Source: Octopus sinensis
Lineage: Eukaryota
Assembly: GCF_006345805.1 (NCBI RefSeq)
Contig: NC_042998.1
Span: 81,034,001-81,098,000, forward strand
DNA length: 64,000 nucleotides
Direction: 5' to 3'
Below the pieces are notes generated by a model. The model was not told the origin of the DNA. It made no database searches and saw only the letters and a program-made list of their open reading frames with translations. Below are positions 1 through 13,384 of this stretch, one piece after another. A program made the position numbers and the translations under genes. Each line of letters opens with the position of its first letter. The first letter of the stretch is position 1.

Positions 1-38
1 TGTGTGTGTGTGTGTTATCTAAGCTGTAAGTAAGAGCA

Positions 39-76
<38 letters not shown>

Positions 77-480
77 CATACATATATATATATAGTTTTC
101 TTTCTCAGTATGTATTTCCTATATTCTGCCAAAGGGGAGAAAAGAGAACTTAACGTTGATTCTAAATCGAACAATTTAATACAGCTTATCAACAAATACA
201 TTTCATTCTCTAGTCTAAGAATGATGGCATCGGATAAATATTTTTTATAAACGTTAAAGTTCCTACATAATGTCACGCTTTGCACATATTATATAAAAGT
301 CAGTGATACCATGATCAAAGACCACATCACTACTTTTACATAAATTCTGTTTATTAGCAAAATAACTGAGAGACAATCGCTTTACCAAATGTTACATTTA
401 ATTTATTACAGTTATACTTTTCCTTCTAAGTCTCGAATCCGAAATTTGGTAGGTTATGAACAATGATGAAAAGGCTTTAA

Positions 481-556
481 CGCTCGGTCTGGGAATCGAA
501 ACCGCGATCCAACGACAGCAAGTCCGCTGCCCTAACCACTGGGCCATTGCGCCTCC
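481..556 (-). mobile_element. tRNA-derived SINE head fragment
   Basis: Reverse complement ggaggcgcaatggcccagtggttaggg...ggtttcgattccc has A/B-box-like motifs and matches the head of the full copy at 31748. Confidence 0.8.
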
Positions 557-1164
557 ACCTACGTACTCTAGTCAAGTGGGAATACAGTCATTTAATAGCT
601 ACGAATTTTATTGAGCTTAGCGGTATACGAAAGATAAAGTTGCAAACGATCGAATGCGATCTACAATCTCAGAGGGACAAAACTAAACTCAAGTGATCAC
701 CTGTGAAGTTAAAAGCCCATTCAAAATGAAAAAAATAATTCATAGCAATTCAGTAGTCCTCTTAAAATATATTTCACAATAATCAAGATTGAACTATTTA
801 TTGTACGACTTTATTTAAGAAATTTATTGTGATATTTTAAAATAATATTTTATCGAAACAATAACCTTGAAATTTGAATTGAGATTGTTTTACGCATGTC
901 TTTTATACGATTAAGTTTTGGATTTAGGCTTAGACATTGAACAGGTTTGACGGAGAAGAAACATTTGAACGTCAACTCAGATTTATATCAATAAGGACCG
1001 TGAAGCAGTTTTGTCATAAATTTATGATTCAAATGAAGGGTATATTTTTATGCTTTATGTAAACATTGTAATGTAATCCACACACACACACACACACACA
1101 CACGAGCAAAACACACACAAACACACACACACACACACACACAAACACGCATATATATATCATA

Positions 1165-1927
1165 TTCTTTTCTACTCTAGGCACAAGGCCCGAAATTTTG
1201 GGGAGCAGGCCAGTCGATTAGATCGACCCCAGTATGCAACCGGTACTTAATTTATCGACCCCAAAAGGATGAAAGGCAAAGTTGACCTCGGCGGAATTTA
1301 AACTCACAATGTAAAGACAGACCAAATGCCTATTTCTTTACTACCCACAAGGGGCTAAACACCGAGAGGACAAACAAGGACAGACAAACAGATTAAGTCG
1401 ATTATATCGAACCCAGTGCGTAACTGGTACTTATTTAATCGACCCCGAAATGATGAAAGGCAAAGTCGACCTCGGCGGAATTTGAACTCAGAACATAGCG
1501 CTAGACGAAATACCGCTAAGCATTTCTCCCGGCGGCTAAAGTTTCTTTTCTACTCTAGGCACAAGGCCCGAAATTTTGGGGGAGGGGGCCCCGTCGATTA
1601 GATCGACCCAAGTACGCAATCGGTACTTAAATTATCGACCCCAAAATGTTGAAAGGCAAAGTCGACCTCGGCAGAATTTGAACTCAGAACATAAAGACAG
1701 ACGAAATACCTATTTTTTTACTACCCACAAGGGGCTAAACACAGAGAGGACAAACGGATTAAGTCGATTATATAGACTGCAATGCGTAACTGGTACTTAT
1801 TTAATCGACCCCGAAAGGATGAAAGGCAAAGTCGACCTCGGCGGAATTTGAACTCAGAACATAGCGGCAGACGAAATACCGCTAAGCATTTCGCCCGGCG
1901 TGTTAACGTTTCTCCCAGCTCGCCGCC
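1165..1927 (-). mobile_element. Two tandem copies of a dimeric tRNA-derived SINE with Nin/Deu-like central domain
   Basis: Units 1165-1540 and 1543-1927, each with two gcctttcatcctttcggggtcgataaa-taagtaccag-type modules; homologous to 28608, 35485, 53327 and 59613. Confidence 0.85.
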
Positions 1928-2355
1928 TTATACATATATATTATATATAGTCAAGGATGAAAATGAAGGGTCAGTGTAGTACAAGTTTGATATTCCTTAC
2001 AATTATTTCAGAGCTATTGTTTCGAAACAAATTACCTATAAATTATCAAGCGTGATACAGTGAACATTATTTATATACACTTATATACTCTTAAGTGAAG
2101 AGGCCGGAATTGTACCGAACTTAGTTGTAATGAATATTAAGTTTGAGTTACATTGAGTCATGGTCTTCTTTCTTGACTTATATATTACTCTACGAAATAT
2201 TTTACATCATTCATGACTAAGGTTTCTGCTCCAAAGGTTTCTTAACAAATGAGTACAATTCTTAATGTGTAGACAGGCTGCAATTCTTACTGAGTGCTGC
2301 ATAAGGAATACATCGGGATTTCATCGCATCAAAATTTACAATAGAGAGAGAGAGC

Positions 2356-2398
<43 letters not shown>

Positions 2399-2452
2399 GT
2401 GATAGCCAGATAGAGACTGAATGAGATAGATAGATAGATTAATAGATAGAGT

Positions 2453-2492
<40 letters not shown>

Positions 2493-3055
2493 TGGTGTGA
2501 AAATTTGGCATTACAACTCTTATTTTCTGAAACATGATGTCAATCGTAGATATTTAATTTGGTGAGATGGTTCAGCTTCGTCACTCCAATATTTCGTCTT
2601 TATAATGGTCATTTTTATATCAGTGTTGAAAATCTGTTGCTTATTATTTTTACCAGAGAATGTAGCGATGAGGAATCATTGCTGGAAGCCATTTATATAA
2701 GTTTTTATGATATAGGATGTCGGTGGGACCAGTGAGGACAGCACAGGAAATGTCGGAAATGTTTTCTGAAATGTAAAGTAAATAATTGAGATAAAAGCTG
2801 CAATTTAATCAGATATATAGACATTATCCCTATGATACATTTATGTGTTGTAGAATAGTTGAAACGGTAAAGCATTTCACTAAATAGTAAAAATATATAG
2901 ATTTGTCACTCGACGCTTTTATTTCAAATTCCACCGGAGTTGATTTTATCTTTCATTAAAAATGTACCAGCGTAGTTCTGATGACAATATGACTTGTATA
3001 CACATTCCTGGTTTTATTTTAATGAAAAGAAAAATAGAAATGAAAAACATCGATT

Positions 3056-3269
3056 TTATTCTTTTAGCATTTTAACCGGCCATATCAGGCCCAAATACTC
3101 CTTTTTGTTTCCTTTTCATGCCGGCCAAATCGGGTCTCTCACAGTTACTCTACAGTGTGATTCTAAAAATACGCAATTACATTATCAAAATCTCGAAGCT
3201 ATGATTAATTCAAAAGAATGGGAATAAATAAGAATCCTATCTGACATAGTCGGAATGCTAAATGGTTAA
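3056..3269. mobile_element. piggyBac-type MITE, degenerate
   Basis: Inverted ends cttttagcatt ... aatgctaaatgg, with TTAA at the right end; no coding capacity. Confidence 0.45.
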
Positions 3270-3830
3270 AGAAGCCAAAACTAGACCAAGATCAAATGTT
3301 CTGAAAGCAAATTTGTTGTCGGATAGGGGAAAGAAACTGGATTTAAACTTAGACACAATTAATATGGCGTCCACTCCCCTCATATTTGCCGATATAGACA
3401 TTTTAATTAAAAAAAAGAAAACAGTTTTTCTTGTTTTAGTAAATACATGAAGTATCGTAGAGGGTTAATGTGTTGTTTAGTTTTTACAAGATATATCTTT
3501 ACGAAAGTATATTACCCTACATTTCGATATTTAGCCTTGGGTCTTCTTAGAAGAAATCAATATATATTCTATACGTTAAACCGAAATGAAAAAAAAAAAA
3601 AAGAATTCTCGTCTAGACTATGTTTAGAAGAGATTACTACTTTTGTCAGTCGCGTACACCTAATCAATAAAATAGTGAAGATATTTGTACAAGATAGATG
3701 AAGTATTTGACGAATCCTGTCTGCTCAAGACACGCCTTCGGTCGGAAATGATTATTCTCTAGTTATTTGTTATAAGAATAATTTGAAAATTTCTCATTTG
3801 TAATCTTTTATGTTGTACCACACACACACA

Positions 3831-3896
<66 letters not shown>

Positions 3897-5233
3897 GTTT
3901 ATATATATATTTTGGATTCTTGTAGCCCTTACAAAAATACAATGAATAAGAGTCCCAGATTTTGCATATTAGTATATCAATGCAATGTTGCTGGTTGTGT
4001 CTTGAAGTATATATGAAATATTCCGCTATATTATGGAGTATTGATCTAGAAATTATGCAACACACGCGAATCTTGCGCCCAATATCATCTGGTTTGTAAG
4101 TAATCTGAGTGTGATCAGCTGTGATTATCTTTTATAAAATGTGTTATGTTGTTTTTACAAACCCATTCACATTGCAGTTACTCGTTTGGATCACGGTCTA
4201 TGTATTTTTCTTTCGTATATGTGTAACCTGAAGCAAGCATGGCTTGATAATTATCTGTTATTGTTTTTAGATATCATTTGTGGTTGATTTTTTCTATTAC
4301 AATAGTTTTAGATTGTAGCTGATCGGCAAGCAATTCATTTTGCTGTTTTAATGATCTCAGTACGGCAACCAATAACATTAATAACTAACCTATTGAAATG
4401 GTCACGCATACACAATATTATCTGTAAATCCGTTCCCGTTGTCTTTAATTTCTTAAGATGCTTCACTGTCTAAAATCTGGCAAATAACGCCCCGCACTAA
4501 TGCTACTAATATGGCTTCAAATATTGCAAGTGCGTTAACGTAATTTTGAAAATTTGGCAATTTCAATGAGGTTTAATAATTATTTGATTCTGTGAAAAGA
4601 AAATTTCATTTGCGCTCATTCTCACAGTTTACACCCATATACTCATACATACATCCACATACATGGACACGCGCTTGCGATCAAAATTGTAATCAACGTC
4701 GAAATCTGTATTGAAATTACTACATTATTACTTCTCAATGAAGTTTCAAATAACCTGTAGGACGTGACAGTCTCTTTTGTTGTACTGTGAATGTCTTGAA
4801 TTGTAAAGACATCCAAATGCATTTGCTTAAAATGATCGTGTTCTGAAACACGTACTGCCTGTAATAATTGTAAGCCACCACTGAAGAGGTAACTCATTAT
4901 TAATGAGCGTACGACAAAGTGAGGTCTAGATGTGATTTCATCCGATATTTTCCCAGATATTTCAGAGTGGTTAGACATATGATTCTGTTTCTGATGGACA
5001 TAATTAGAATTGCTAATTATTTCTATTTGTTTAGTCTGGTTTTTAAAGCACTCACCATGGTGTTAAATTACGAAATATCCGGCACTTTTATGCCTCATCA
5101 CGTGTGTCTGAATTAACATCTATGTGATAATAATTCATAAGATCATTCTGTATACATAGCTAATCCTTTCAATATCAACTGTACAATCCAATGTATTATT
5201 CAAAAGTATCTCATTAGTAGTATCATTAAATAA

Positions 5234-5410
5234 GGCGGCGAGTAGGCAGAATGGTTAGCCTGCCGGGCAAAATGCATAACGGTATTTCATCTGTCTTTAC
5301 CATTCATCCTATTGAAGTCGATAAAATAATGACCAGTTAAGCAAGGGATTGATGTAATCGACCATTCCTTTCGCCACAAATTTCAGGTTTTGTACCCATT
5401 GTAAAAAAGG
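5234..5410 (+). mobile_element. Degraded monomeric Nin-like SINE
   Basis: Head ggcggcgagtaggcagaatggttagc plus ttcatcc...gtcgataaaataa module. Confidence 0.7.
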
Positions 5411-6008
5411 GTTATTAGTATCAATAATAAGATGATCAAACATCTGTAGTACTTGGATATATATCTATTCATTCCAGTTCAAAGAAATTGGATAATGTTT
5501 TGGTAAATGCTTGATGGAGACCAGATTACTTTTAACTGATGAAGGGCAGTAGTAGTAGGTGATGTGTAGTTGTTAGTGTCTAGCCACTGGTAAATATTGA
5601 TTAAAATTATTCCAGCAGTAACCGTTTGATCTTTTAAGGGATATCTTAGACTTCAATATATAATCTATCATTTGTTTAAAATTCATATACGATTGTATGG
5701 ATTACTTTAAGGAGATATTTGGCTATTAATTTGGTAAATCTAGCAAGCACGTAGAACCTTCCTTGTGAGTTCACTGGCTGTGTAGATAGGGTGATCAGCC
5801 GTGTTTTTCCACAAGTTGAATTGCGGCGCTAAACTGAATGTGAAAAATATTAAATAATAGCTTACACTGATTTTAGATATATTTTGCTTGGATTGTACAG
5901 CTGATGTTCAAAGGATTAACTACGTACACAGGACTATTTTGTGTATTTTGCAGTGAAAATGTCTTCTATGTATCCCCTAAGGCTTCTTGTTTGAATATTG
6001 GTATTGAC

Positions 6009-6045
6009 ATCATCATCATCATCATCATCATCATCGTCATCATCA

Positions 6046-6083
<38 letters not shown>
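6009..6083. repeat. (CAT)n/(TAT)n compound microsatellite
   Basis: Direct reading. Confidence 0.95.
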
Positions 6084-6085
<2 letters not shown>

Positions 6086-6841
6086 GGGCTGTCCTTGTAA
6101 ATCATGTTTTGTCTCCGTTCAGTGAAGAATTTGTTGATAGGTTAGTTGTTTAGGGAGATTTTATTGTTGTTTTTTGTTCTATTTTGATGCAGTACTAACG
6201 GCAGTTCGAAGTGTCTGATCAATTTATTTATTTCGTCTCCCACATCGGAAATGTCAACATATTCAAACATAGTGCCAATGTTTGACAGCAAGTCGAAAGG
6301 ATGGTGGAGTGGGAAGTGATTTACAAAGTAGTGAGGCGGTTATCGCTTAAAAATACTCCAGTGTTTTCACCTGCAACACTTTCATCTAATGTTCGAGACA
6401 GTAGCGCAAGCACCACCGCTGCCACCACCACCACCACGAGAACAACCATCACACATGTTAGAGACGCCTTTGAGAACAAAACCAGAGCTAGCAGAAGCAA
6501 CAAAATTATCCTGTCCGGCAGCAACAACATTAGGATACCAGAGTGGGTGGCAAAATTAGTAATAACACCAACATTAATATATTAATCATCAGCAACAACA
6601 ACAAATGCTCAACCGACCGACTACTACATCAACATACAACGCACCATCAGGAGCAGCAATTGCATGTATATTTTACAAAATATAGAAGCAGCAACCAGCA
6701 AAACAGTTAACGGAGCCTACACGTAGTTTCTGATAAAGTTGCAAAACTTTGACCACCACAACAATAAACTCCATCGCATCCACTGTGGACCTCGTTTCCT
6801 CTAAAACAGCAGCAACATGGATGATGATGATAATAATAATA

Positions 6842-6899
<58 letters not shown>

Positions 6900-6900
<1 letters not shown>

Positions 6901-7205
6901 TAAAGCGTTTTATAGCATCCCACATAATTGGCTACACAAGGCCTTTGAGATATACAAGAACTCTCCTGTAGACTCCAAATTCTTACAAGGTCTCCTTCTA
7001 AACCATATTAAGGGGATGAGCCAATCTAACATCAGCATAAAATGAAGCATCTCTCCCCATTACTTTTTTGCATGGCACTGATCCTACGCTCAAACGAACT
7101 GAGTAACACCAGGTATGGGTTCAAAATGTATAACATTATAGTAAATCATCTATTTTATATGGACAAGCTGAAGCTGTTTGCTAGAAATGACGAAGAGCTA
7201 ATTGT
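6900..7205 (+). mobile_element. Dong/R4-like non-LTR retrotransposon RT remnant abutting (AAT)n at ~6829-6899
   Basis: Translates KAFYSIPHNWLHKAFEIYK and LSPLLFCMAL...VNHLFYMDKLKLFARN (degenerate KAFDS.PH and YMDD RT motifs). Confidence 0.7.
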
Positions 7206-7769
7206 TTTTTTTTGTTTTCTATGAATAAAGTTAAGAAATCCCTATCTTGGCAATAGAAAACGATGTTATTACCAATTCTAGTAAAACTCTACAATGCAAA
7301 ATACCTTCAGCATGTGGGTAGTATGAAGAAACACCTCCAAATATATGCCTCCCATTTTCAGTCATTGCCTATTGAACGAAACAGGCGATCGGCTTTTTTG
7401 ATCATTTGACTGTAAGAAGAGACGGATTTTTACAGTTCAGGTGTATAGTAAAAGAATTTGCGTGCAGGAGGCAGCAAAATCGAGTGACAGTAGCTACTTC
7501 GTTTATCCGCCAGACCCTCTTACATGTTTACATTCAAGTTTAACATAATAGTAGTTGCAGCGAAGGATGTATTGTTCTGTATCACATTTTAGAAAGAAGG
7601 ACGAAAAGGATGAACATGTTCCAAGTGAATGGCACTTGTTTCAGCCGATAATCTGGCGTGTTTATAGTGTCTAGTGTCACGGTGTTTGATGTTGATAATA
7701 CTTTGATGGATGTTTGAACAATATAATTAAAACTAATAGAAAATAGGAAATGAACTTGAGGAAATAATG

Positions 7770-7953
7770 GTTTCAAATTTTGGCACAATGCCAGCAATTT
7801 TAGGGGAGGGGTAATTAGATTTCACCACCCTAGTTTTCAACTGGCACTTATCGTACCGAAAAGGATGAAAGGCAAAGTCAACCTCTGCGGTGTTTGAATT
7901 CAGAGCTTAAAGCATTTTTCCCGGCGTGCTAACGAATATGCCAGCTTGCCGCC
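7770..7953 (-). mobile_element. Monomeric Nin-like SINE ~78 bp downstream of the exon D donor
   Basis: Head ggcggcaagctggcatattcgttagcacgccggg and actttgcctttcatcc module on the minus strand. Confidence 0.8.
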
Positions 7954-8030
7954 ATGCACTTGAGGAAATGTTGAAACTGATAAATAAGTGTCCTGTCTAA
8001 TAGATACATAGTTTCTGTATCTGTACTTAC

Positions 8031-8147
8031 TCTTATCGATCTGGAATTCTTTCGCCCATCTTTTTGTTTGTGTATCAAAGCTTTCAACTTGTGTGACTGC
8101 AGTTTCCGTTTCAAAATCACTTCCTCCAAAAAGATATATTTTGCATC
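8031..8147 (-). CDS. Kelch-repeat protein, exon D (117 nt, phase 1 to 1 if the GTAAGT donor is used)
   Basis: (G)CKIYLFGGSDFETETAVTQVESFDTQTKRWAKEFQIDK is a canonical Kelch blade. Acceptor tattttcaccag|GA, consensus donor AGA|gtaagt at 8030. The next exon was not identified. Confidence 0.88.
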
Positions 8148-8458
8148 CTGGTGAAAATAGAATCATTAAAACTTGCGATCAAAATTATGACTATGTGCAA
8201 CAAAATACATTCAAAACGATAATCCCTAGGTAGAATGTACACACACGCGCGCACACAGGCACACAGAGAGACCTATATACAGTCATTGCCCCTGAAACGG
8301 AGTGCTGCTGCTCGAAATAGATTAGCTGATTTATTTTTCTCTTATTAATGCAGCCATTTTCTTAATTCGCAGGAATTTTGTGATATACAGAGTGTATTTG
8401 AAAATCAGTTCGTTTATGTTGGTCCAAGTTGCGAAATGTGTCTATTTCTCTCCACACA

Positions 8459-8526
<68 letters not shown>

Positions 8527-8578
8527 ACACATATATATATATGTATACATACACAGAGGAATTAAAGAAGTCAGCGGT

Positions 8579-9109
8579 TGTAGTACATCTACAGCACAGG
8601 CGCGGAAATATGTCGCGGCCCATTTACGCAACGTCTGAGCAACCACAAATCCTCATTTAGGATACCAGAGTAGTGCAACATCAAGTCCCTGGTTAGCCTT
8701 GAATGGAGCTTAAAAGAGAGAGGCATGCCATGCAAAAATAAATGGAAACTCTTTAAACAACCGGAGCTTTCTCAGGCAGAGAGAGCAAGAATCCAGAAAA
8801 TCTCACTTGACCCGGGACCCCGTTTTAAACTTCAGGATAGAAGTGTTTAGTCAATGTTCCCAACAGAGAAGCTCCATGTTACACTCTTTGAATTCCCCTT
8901 TAGTCGGATAGAAACATGACGGAAACTTCGAAAAATCGTTGCGGATATAGCCAATGTGATAGGGAATAACCCCGTCCAGCCTGAAACACTATGTGTAAGT
9001 TCTTTGCATGTGTGTATATTTTTGTTTCCTGCCTTCTGTTCTAGAGAGGTTATGATCCCGAGGCCATTAAAGTCTGACGTGTCACCTATACAGCTAAGAA
9101 GCTATAACA
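8579..9109 (+). mobile_element. Possible solo LTR
   Basis: GC-elevated block bounded by TG...CA with ATTAAA near the 3' end; no clean target-site duplication. Confidence 0.25.
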
Positions 9110-9125
9110 ATCAGCTTCATATATA

Positions 9126-10028
9126 TAGTAGGTCATCCCATACATAATGCGTTTTTTCAATTGCATGAACTAAAAGTCGGAGGGAGACGGGATAAAGTAC
9201 TTGTGTCAACTTGCTATAAAAGCAGGTGGCAATTTTACCTCGTTTTCTTACTCTAAGTGCAAAGTTTGAAAAGTGCAGTTTGACTTTGACAGGTATTTTT
9301 TCAAATCTATAATGGAAGTGACCAAGGGGCATATTTGCCACATTTTACTTTATGAGTTCAATAAACAGAACAATGCAACGGAAAGTGCGAAGAATATTTT
9401 AATGCAGTACATAGGGATCGGACAAGAAGCGTAAGCCAGTGTCAACGGCGGTTCCAGAAATTCGGAACCAGAAACTATAGCCTAGAAGATGAGCCTCGTC
9501 CTGGAAGATCTGTAGAGCGCGACCAGAACGTCCTGCAAACCCCGGTGGAACAAAATCTCATCGTAACTGAGAAGCTTGGATTTGGTCATTCAACCGCTCA
9601 TTCAAGTCAGCGCTAGAAGAAAAACGACCATCTTTGATTTAAAACGAAAGGTATTCTTCCATCAGGATAATGCTCGGCCACATACAGTGAGGATGACATT
9701 CCAAAGTCTGGAGCAGTTTGAATGGGAAACGATACCCTACCTACCATATTCACCGGACATTGTCCCATCCGGTAATCATTTATTTTGCAGTCATCAAAAT
9801 CATTTAAACGAAAAAAATATGAATTCTGTAGACGAGGTCAGAACAGTAACGGAGGAGTATTTTTCGTCATGGACAAGTGAATTTTGGAAAGAGGCCTTGA
9901 AAAATGGAAGAGCATTGCAAAAAATGAAGGAGAGTATATTTTAGATTGATAAATAACTTTGTTTATCTTAATTTTGAAAAATAAAAGGAGTATTAAAAGA
10001 ACCGCATTATTTACGAGATGACATAATA
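9126..10028 (+). mobile_element. Internally deleted mariner transposon
   Basis: Imperfect ~29-bp TIRs (tagtaggtcatcccatacataatgcg / cgcattatttacgagatgacataata). Pseudo-ORF MEVTKGHICHILLYEFNK from 9312, then DNARPHT...PYSPDIVPSGNHLF. Confidence 0.9.
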
Positions 10029-10047
10029 TATATATACATCCAGCCAT

Positions 10048-10178
10048 TTACCAAATCCACTCACAAGGCTTTGGCCGGTCCGAGGCTATAGTAGAAGACT
10101 CTTGACCAAGGTGCCATATCGTGGGACTGAAACCGGAACCTTGTGGTCGGAAAGGCAAGCTCCCTACCACAAAGCAAC
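10048..10178 (-). mobile_element. 5' fragment of the CORE-like SINE with internal microsatellite
   Basis: Matches the head half of the copies at 49751 and 60047. Confidence 0.75.
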
Positions 10179-10193
10179 ACATATGTTCATAAA

Positions 10194-11212
10194 TATTAGG
10201 TCATTAAGAGTGAAATGTCCAATTTTGAACTGAAAACTTATTTTACTTTATCTCAAAAGAAAGCAATGCGGTTAACCAAATTATGCACCTAAATTATCAA
10301 CACAATTTTTCCATATTATCGGCCTTTTTTTAAGTCGACAGCAAAGAGTTCTGAACAGCAACAGGCAATGAAATCACGAAAGGCTGTTTTTGAATCTCCT
10401 TCAGATTTGAAGTATCCTTCCTACCAAAAAGTTGTCTAATGCCTGGAAAACGTGATACTCAGTTGGTGCAAGGTTTGGTGAATGGTAGATGGAATATGGT
10501 ACTTCCAAGTTCTGTTCCTGTAACTTAAGTAGCGTCCTTTGTGCAACATGTGGTCGAGTATTGTCTTGCAAGAGAATTGGCTTACTTCTATTGGCTAATC
10601 TCGGTTGTTTAATTGTAAGTTCACTCATCATTTCATCCAATAGGCTAATATATACATCCACTGTAATTGACTTACCAGGTCTCATGAAGCTGTAATGGAT
10701 GACACCAGCGCTGGACCACCAAACATACACCATTAGCTTTTTTTTTTGCTGAATATTCTTTTTTGGGGTTGTGCCTTGGCACTTCGCTTCTATCCAACCA
10801 CTGCACAGAACGCTTGCTATTGTTGAAAAGAATCCATTTTTCATCATACGTAACAATGCGATGCAAAAATGGTTCGCTTTTATGCCGTGACAGCAAAGAA
10901 CAGAAAATTCCAAGACGACATGATATTTGATGCTCGTTCAGTTCGTGTGGTACCCACTTGTCCATCTTCTTTACCTTGCCGATTTGTTTCAGATGCTCCA
11001 ATACAGTTGGAAGCGAAACATCAAACCTTACTGCTAACTCACGCGTAGTTTGAGATGTATCTGCTCCCACTACAGTTTCCAGCTCATCATTATCCAAGAG
11101 GCTAATTTTCAAGAGTAAAGTCACCAGACCGGAACTTCTCAAACCATCGACGTACAGTACGCTCATTCGCCACATCTTCACCAAACTCAGCATTGATGTT
11201 TCAAACTGCCTG
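10194..11212 (-). mobile_element. Mariner transposase pseudogene, 5'-truncated
   Basis: WVPHEL, IVTYDEKW, LLQDNTRPH and HSPNLAPTEYHVF across frameshifted ORFs; one TIR-like end tattaggtc at 10194. Confidence 0.92.
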
Positions 11213-11860
11213 GGATGCAATTAAGGACCCCAGCAGATTTCAACGTGGCGGACTGAGATGTTTCTAAGGGTTAAGATGCACCGAGGAAATTAAGAACTTT
11301 GTGTCAAACCAGAAACCGGTCCACATATATTCCTGTTCCATTAAATATATAGCTTTATGCTATAATGGTATGTGAGAGACCTTTTTCGGTTCGCTTGCCC
11401 GTATACTTTTGTATCTGTTGTTTTCAGTGTGATTTTTGGTGGTCCAAATGAGATTTTTAACTTTTATTTCTAGCGGGTAGACTTCATCGTGTCCTTTGAT
11501 TAATATAAATATATGCGTGCGTGTGTGTGAGTGCGTGTGTGTGTGTGTGTGTCTGTATGCATGTATGTATGTATGTATGTATGTATGTATATATATATAC
11601 ATATACATACATAATACTTTATTAAAAATAAACACAGCCTTCTAGTATTAGATTTAGTAGTTGATAAAGAGATAAATGAATTAGAAATTAATTACAATCA
11701 CTCTATGACCACACTATGCTCCATGCAATTCTTAGAAGTGTAGTTTGTTCTTAGCTTCAATAGCGACAACATGAATTTCTTCCATCAGTTTGCTCTGTTG
11801 AAAATTTTGAGAAAAATTATATTAATGTGTCCTACTTGTTAAAATTCCATTTATTTATTG

Positions 11861-11945
11861 TGCAGCTGAAGATGGTACTACATTTAAATTATGTAATGAT
11901 TGCATTGTTAAATTAAATAGCGGCGCTTGAAACGGTCGTACTGCA
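11861..11945 (+). ncRNA. Type I hammerhead ribozyme motif with long stem II (Penelope-type repeat)
   Basis: tgcag-CTGAAGA-(56 nt)-GAAA-cggtcg-TA-ctgca: perfect 5-bp stem I and intact core. A homolog lies at 63480. Confidence 0.7.
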
Positions 11946-12162
11946 TCATTATTTGATCAAGTCGTAGAAATATCTGTATGCCTTTAGATGTCTCCTCTTA
12001 CACCTACAGCTTGCAGTATATTTAGAGGAAAATTTCTTTGGGAGACACTAGGCAGGATATAGTTTTAGAATTTTTTATTTTGGTGTAAGGTTTTTTTGAG
12101 TAAATATGGTTTGTATTCAGGTATTGAGCTACGAAACTTTACACCAACACTCTCTTAGCAGT

Positions 12163-12205
<43 letters not shown>

Positions 12206-12249
12206 ACTCTCTCTCTCACACACTTCTTCTCTTTCCTCCCTCTCCCCCC

Positions 12250-12280
<31 letters not shown>

Positions 12281-13384
12281 AGTTACAGATATCGGGTCAA
12301 AGGAAAAGTAATTTGAAATTAATTTTCTTTTGGGTTTGAAAATAATAAGCCATGTAACTTAGAAAACACAAATTATTTCTTAGATAAACTAAGCATGCAT
12401 ACTGTTAAGTATGCTTCCACAATGAGACGTATACATTTATTTTCCTCACAAACAGGAAAACACATAAAACTTTTCAACACCTTTTGCTGCTATAAAAATT
12501 GTATAGGCTGTCTACAAGAATATTAATAAAATTGGAGACGTTCGATAATAAATGTCTGCTTGAATGTTTGAAGTAAAATCTGTTGAGACAACATTTCACA
12601 CAAATTCACATACGCACACGCACGCACATAAACATATCCGTTGTGCACACACCTATGTAGACATATACGCGCGTACAAACAAATATGACTACATTATATG
12701 TACACGTATACAATAAATGTTTAGGCCTGATTATTTATTAATTGTTATTTGAATTATTGAAGCAGTGACTAATCTTAAATCAACCTAATATTTATGCCAT
12801 TTCAGTTTGATTGATGAATTTTAGTTGTTTACAGTCTTCATTTTTACGATTTAGGTAATTAAAGAAAAAAACGTTAAGACAACAACATATTGTTGTGAAG
12901 AAGACAGGAAAAAGAAAAAACATAAATGAAGGTTAAAAAATTTCGAAGATTTAGTATTTGTTGAATTTTGCTAGAGAAAATATTAAAATTTGTCTAAAAA
13001 TGAGCAGATAAAAGAGAAATGTTTTCAATGAGATACAGCTAAGAATCGTTAGCATCATCGAGATTTTATTTAATTGTAGTTTCCACCAACTTTGAATATT
13101 TTCTAAGATAAAGGTTGATTTTATGAGAGTTTGAATTGCACTCGTCAATGAGAGGTAACGTTAGCTTTCTCTTCTGTTTACATAGGAGAGCTGACGCTGT
13201 TGAACTTAGCAATTAGTTATTCAACAGAATCAATATATGGGCGGGATTATGATACACTGTTGGTGGAAATTTATATGAATACAACAAAATGGGAAGCAGT
13301 ATTTTCCAGGATTTATATTTGTATCGCAGAGTTACAGGTTTAGAAGTTATTTAATTTTCATTATTTCAGGATAAAAACAACGCT

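Noticed and set aside
1165-1927. Repeated ~40-nt modules resembling a CRISPR array
   Set aside because: The intervening sequences are themselves repeated SINE parts, the context is eukaryotic, and there are no cas genes.
2000-2100. Hammerhead-like relics here and at ~3515-3555 and ~6185-6250 (minus strand)
   Set aside because: The cores are mutated at several positions and are too degenerate to call.
9126-11212. Two convergent mariners as a single composite transposon
   Set aside because: The first element has its own TIR pair, the second lacks a 5' end, and the transposases differ; independent insertions are the simpler reading.
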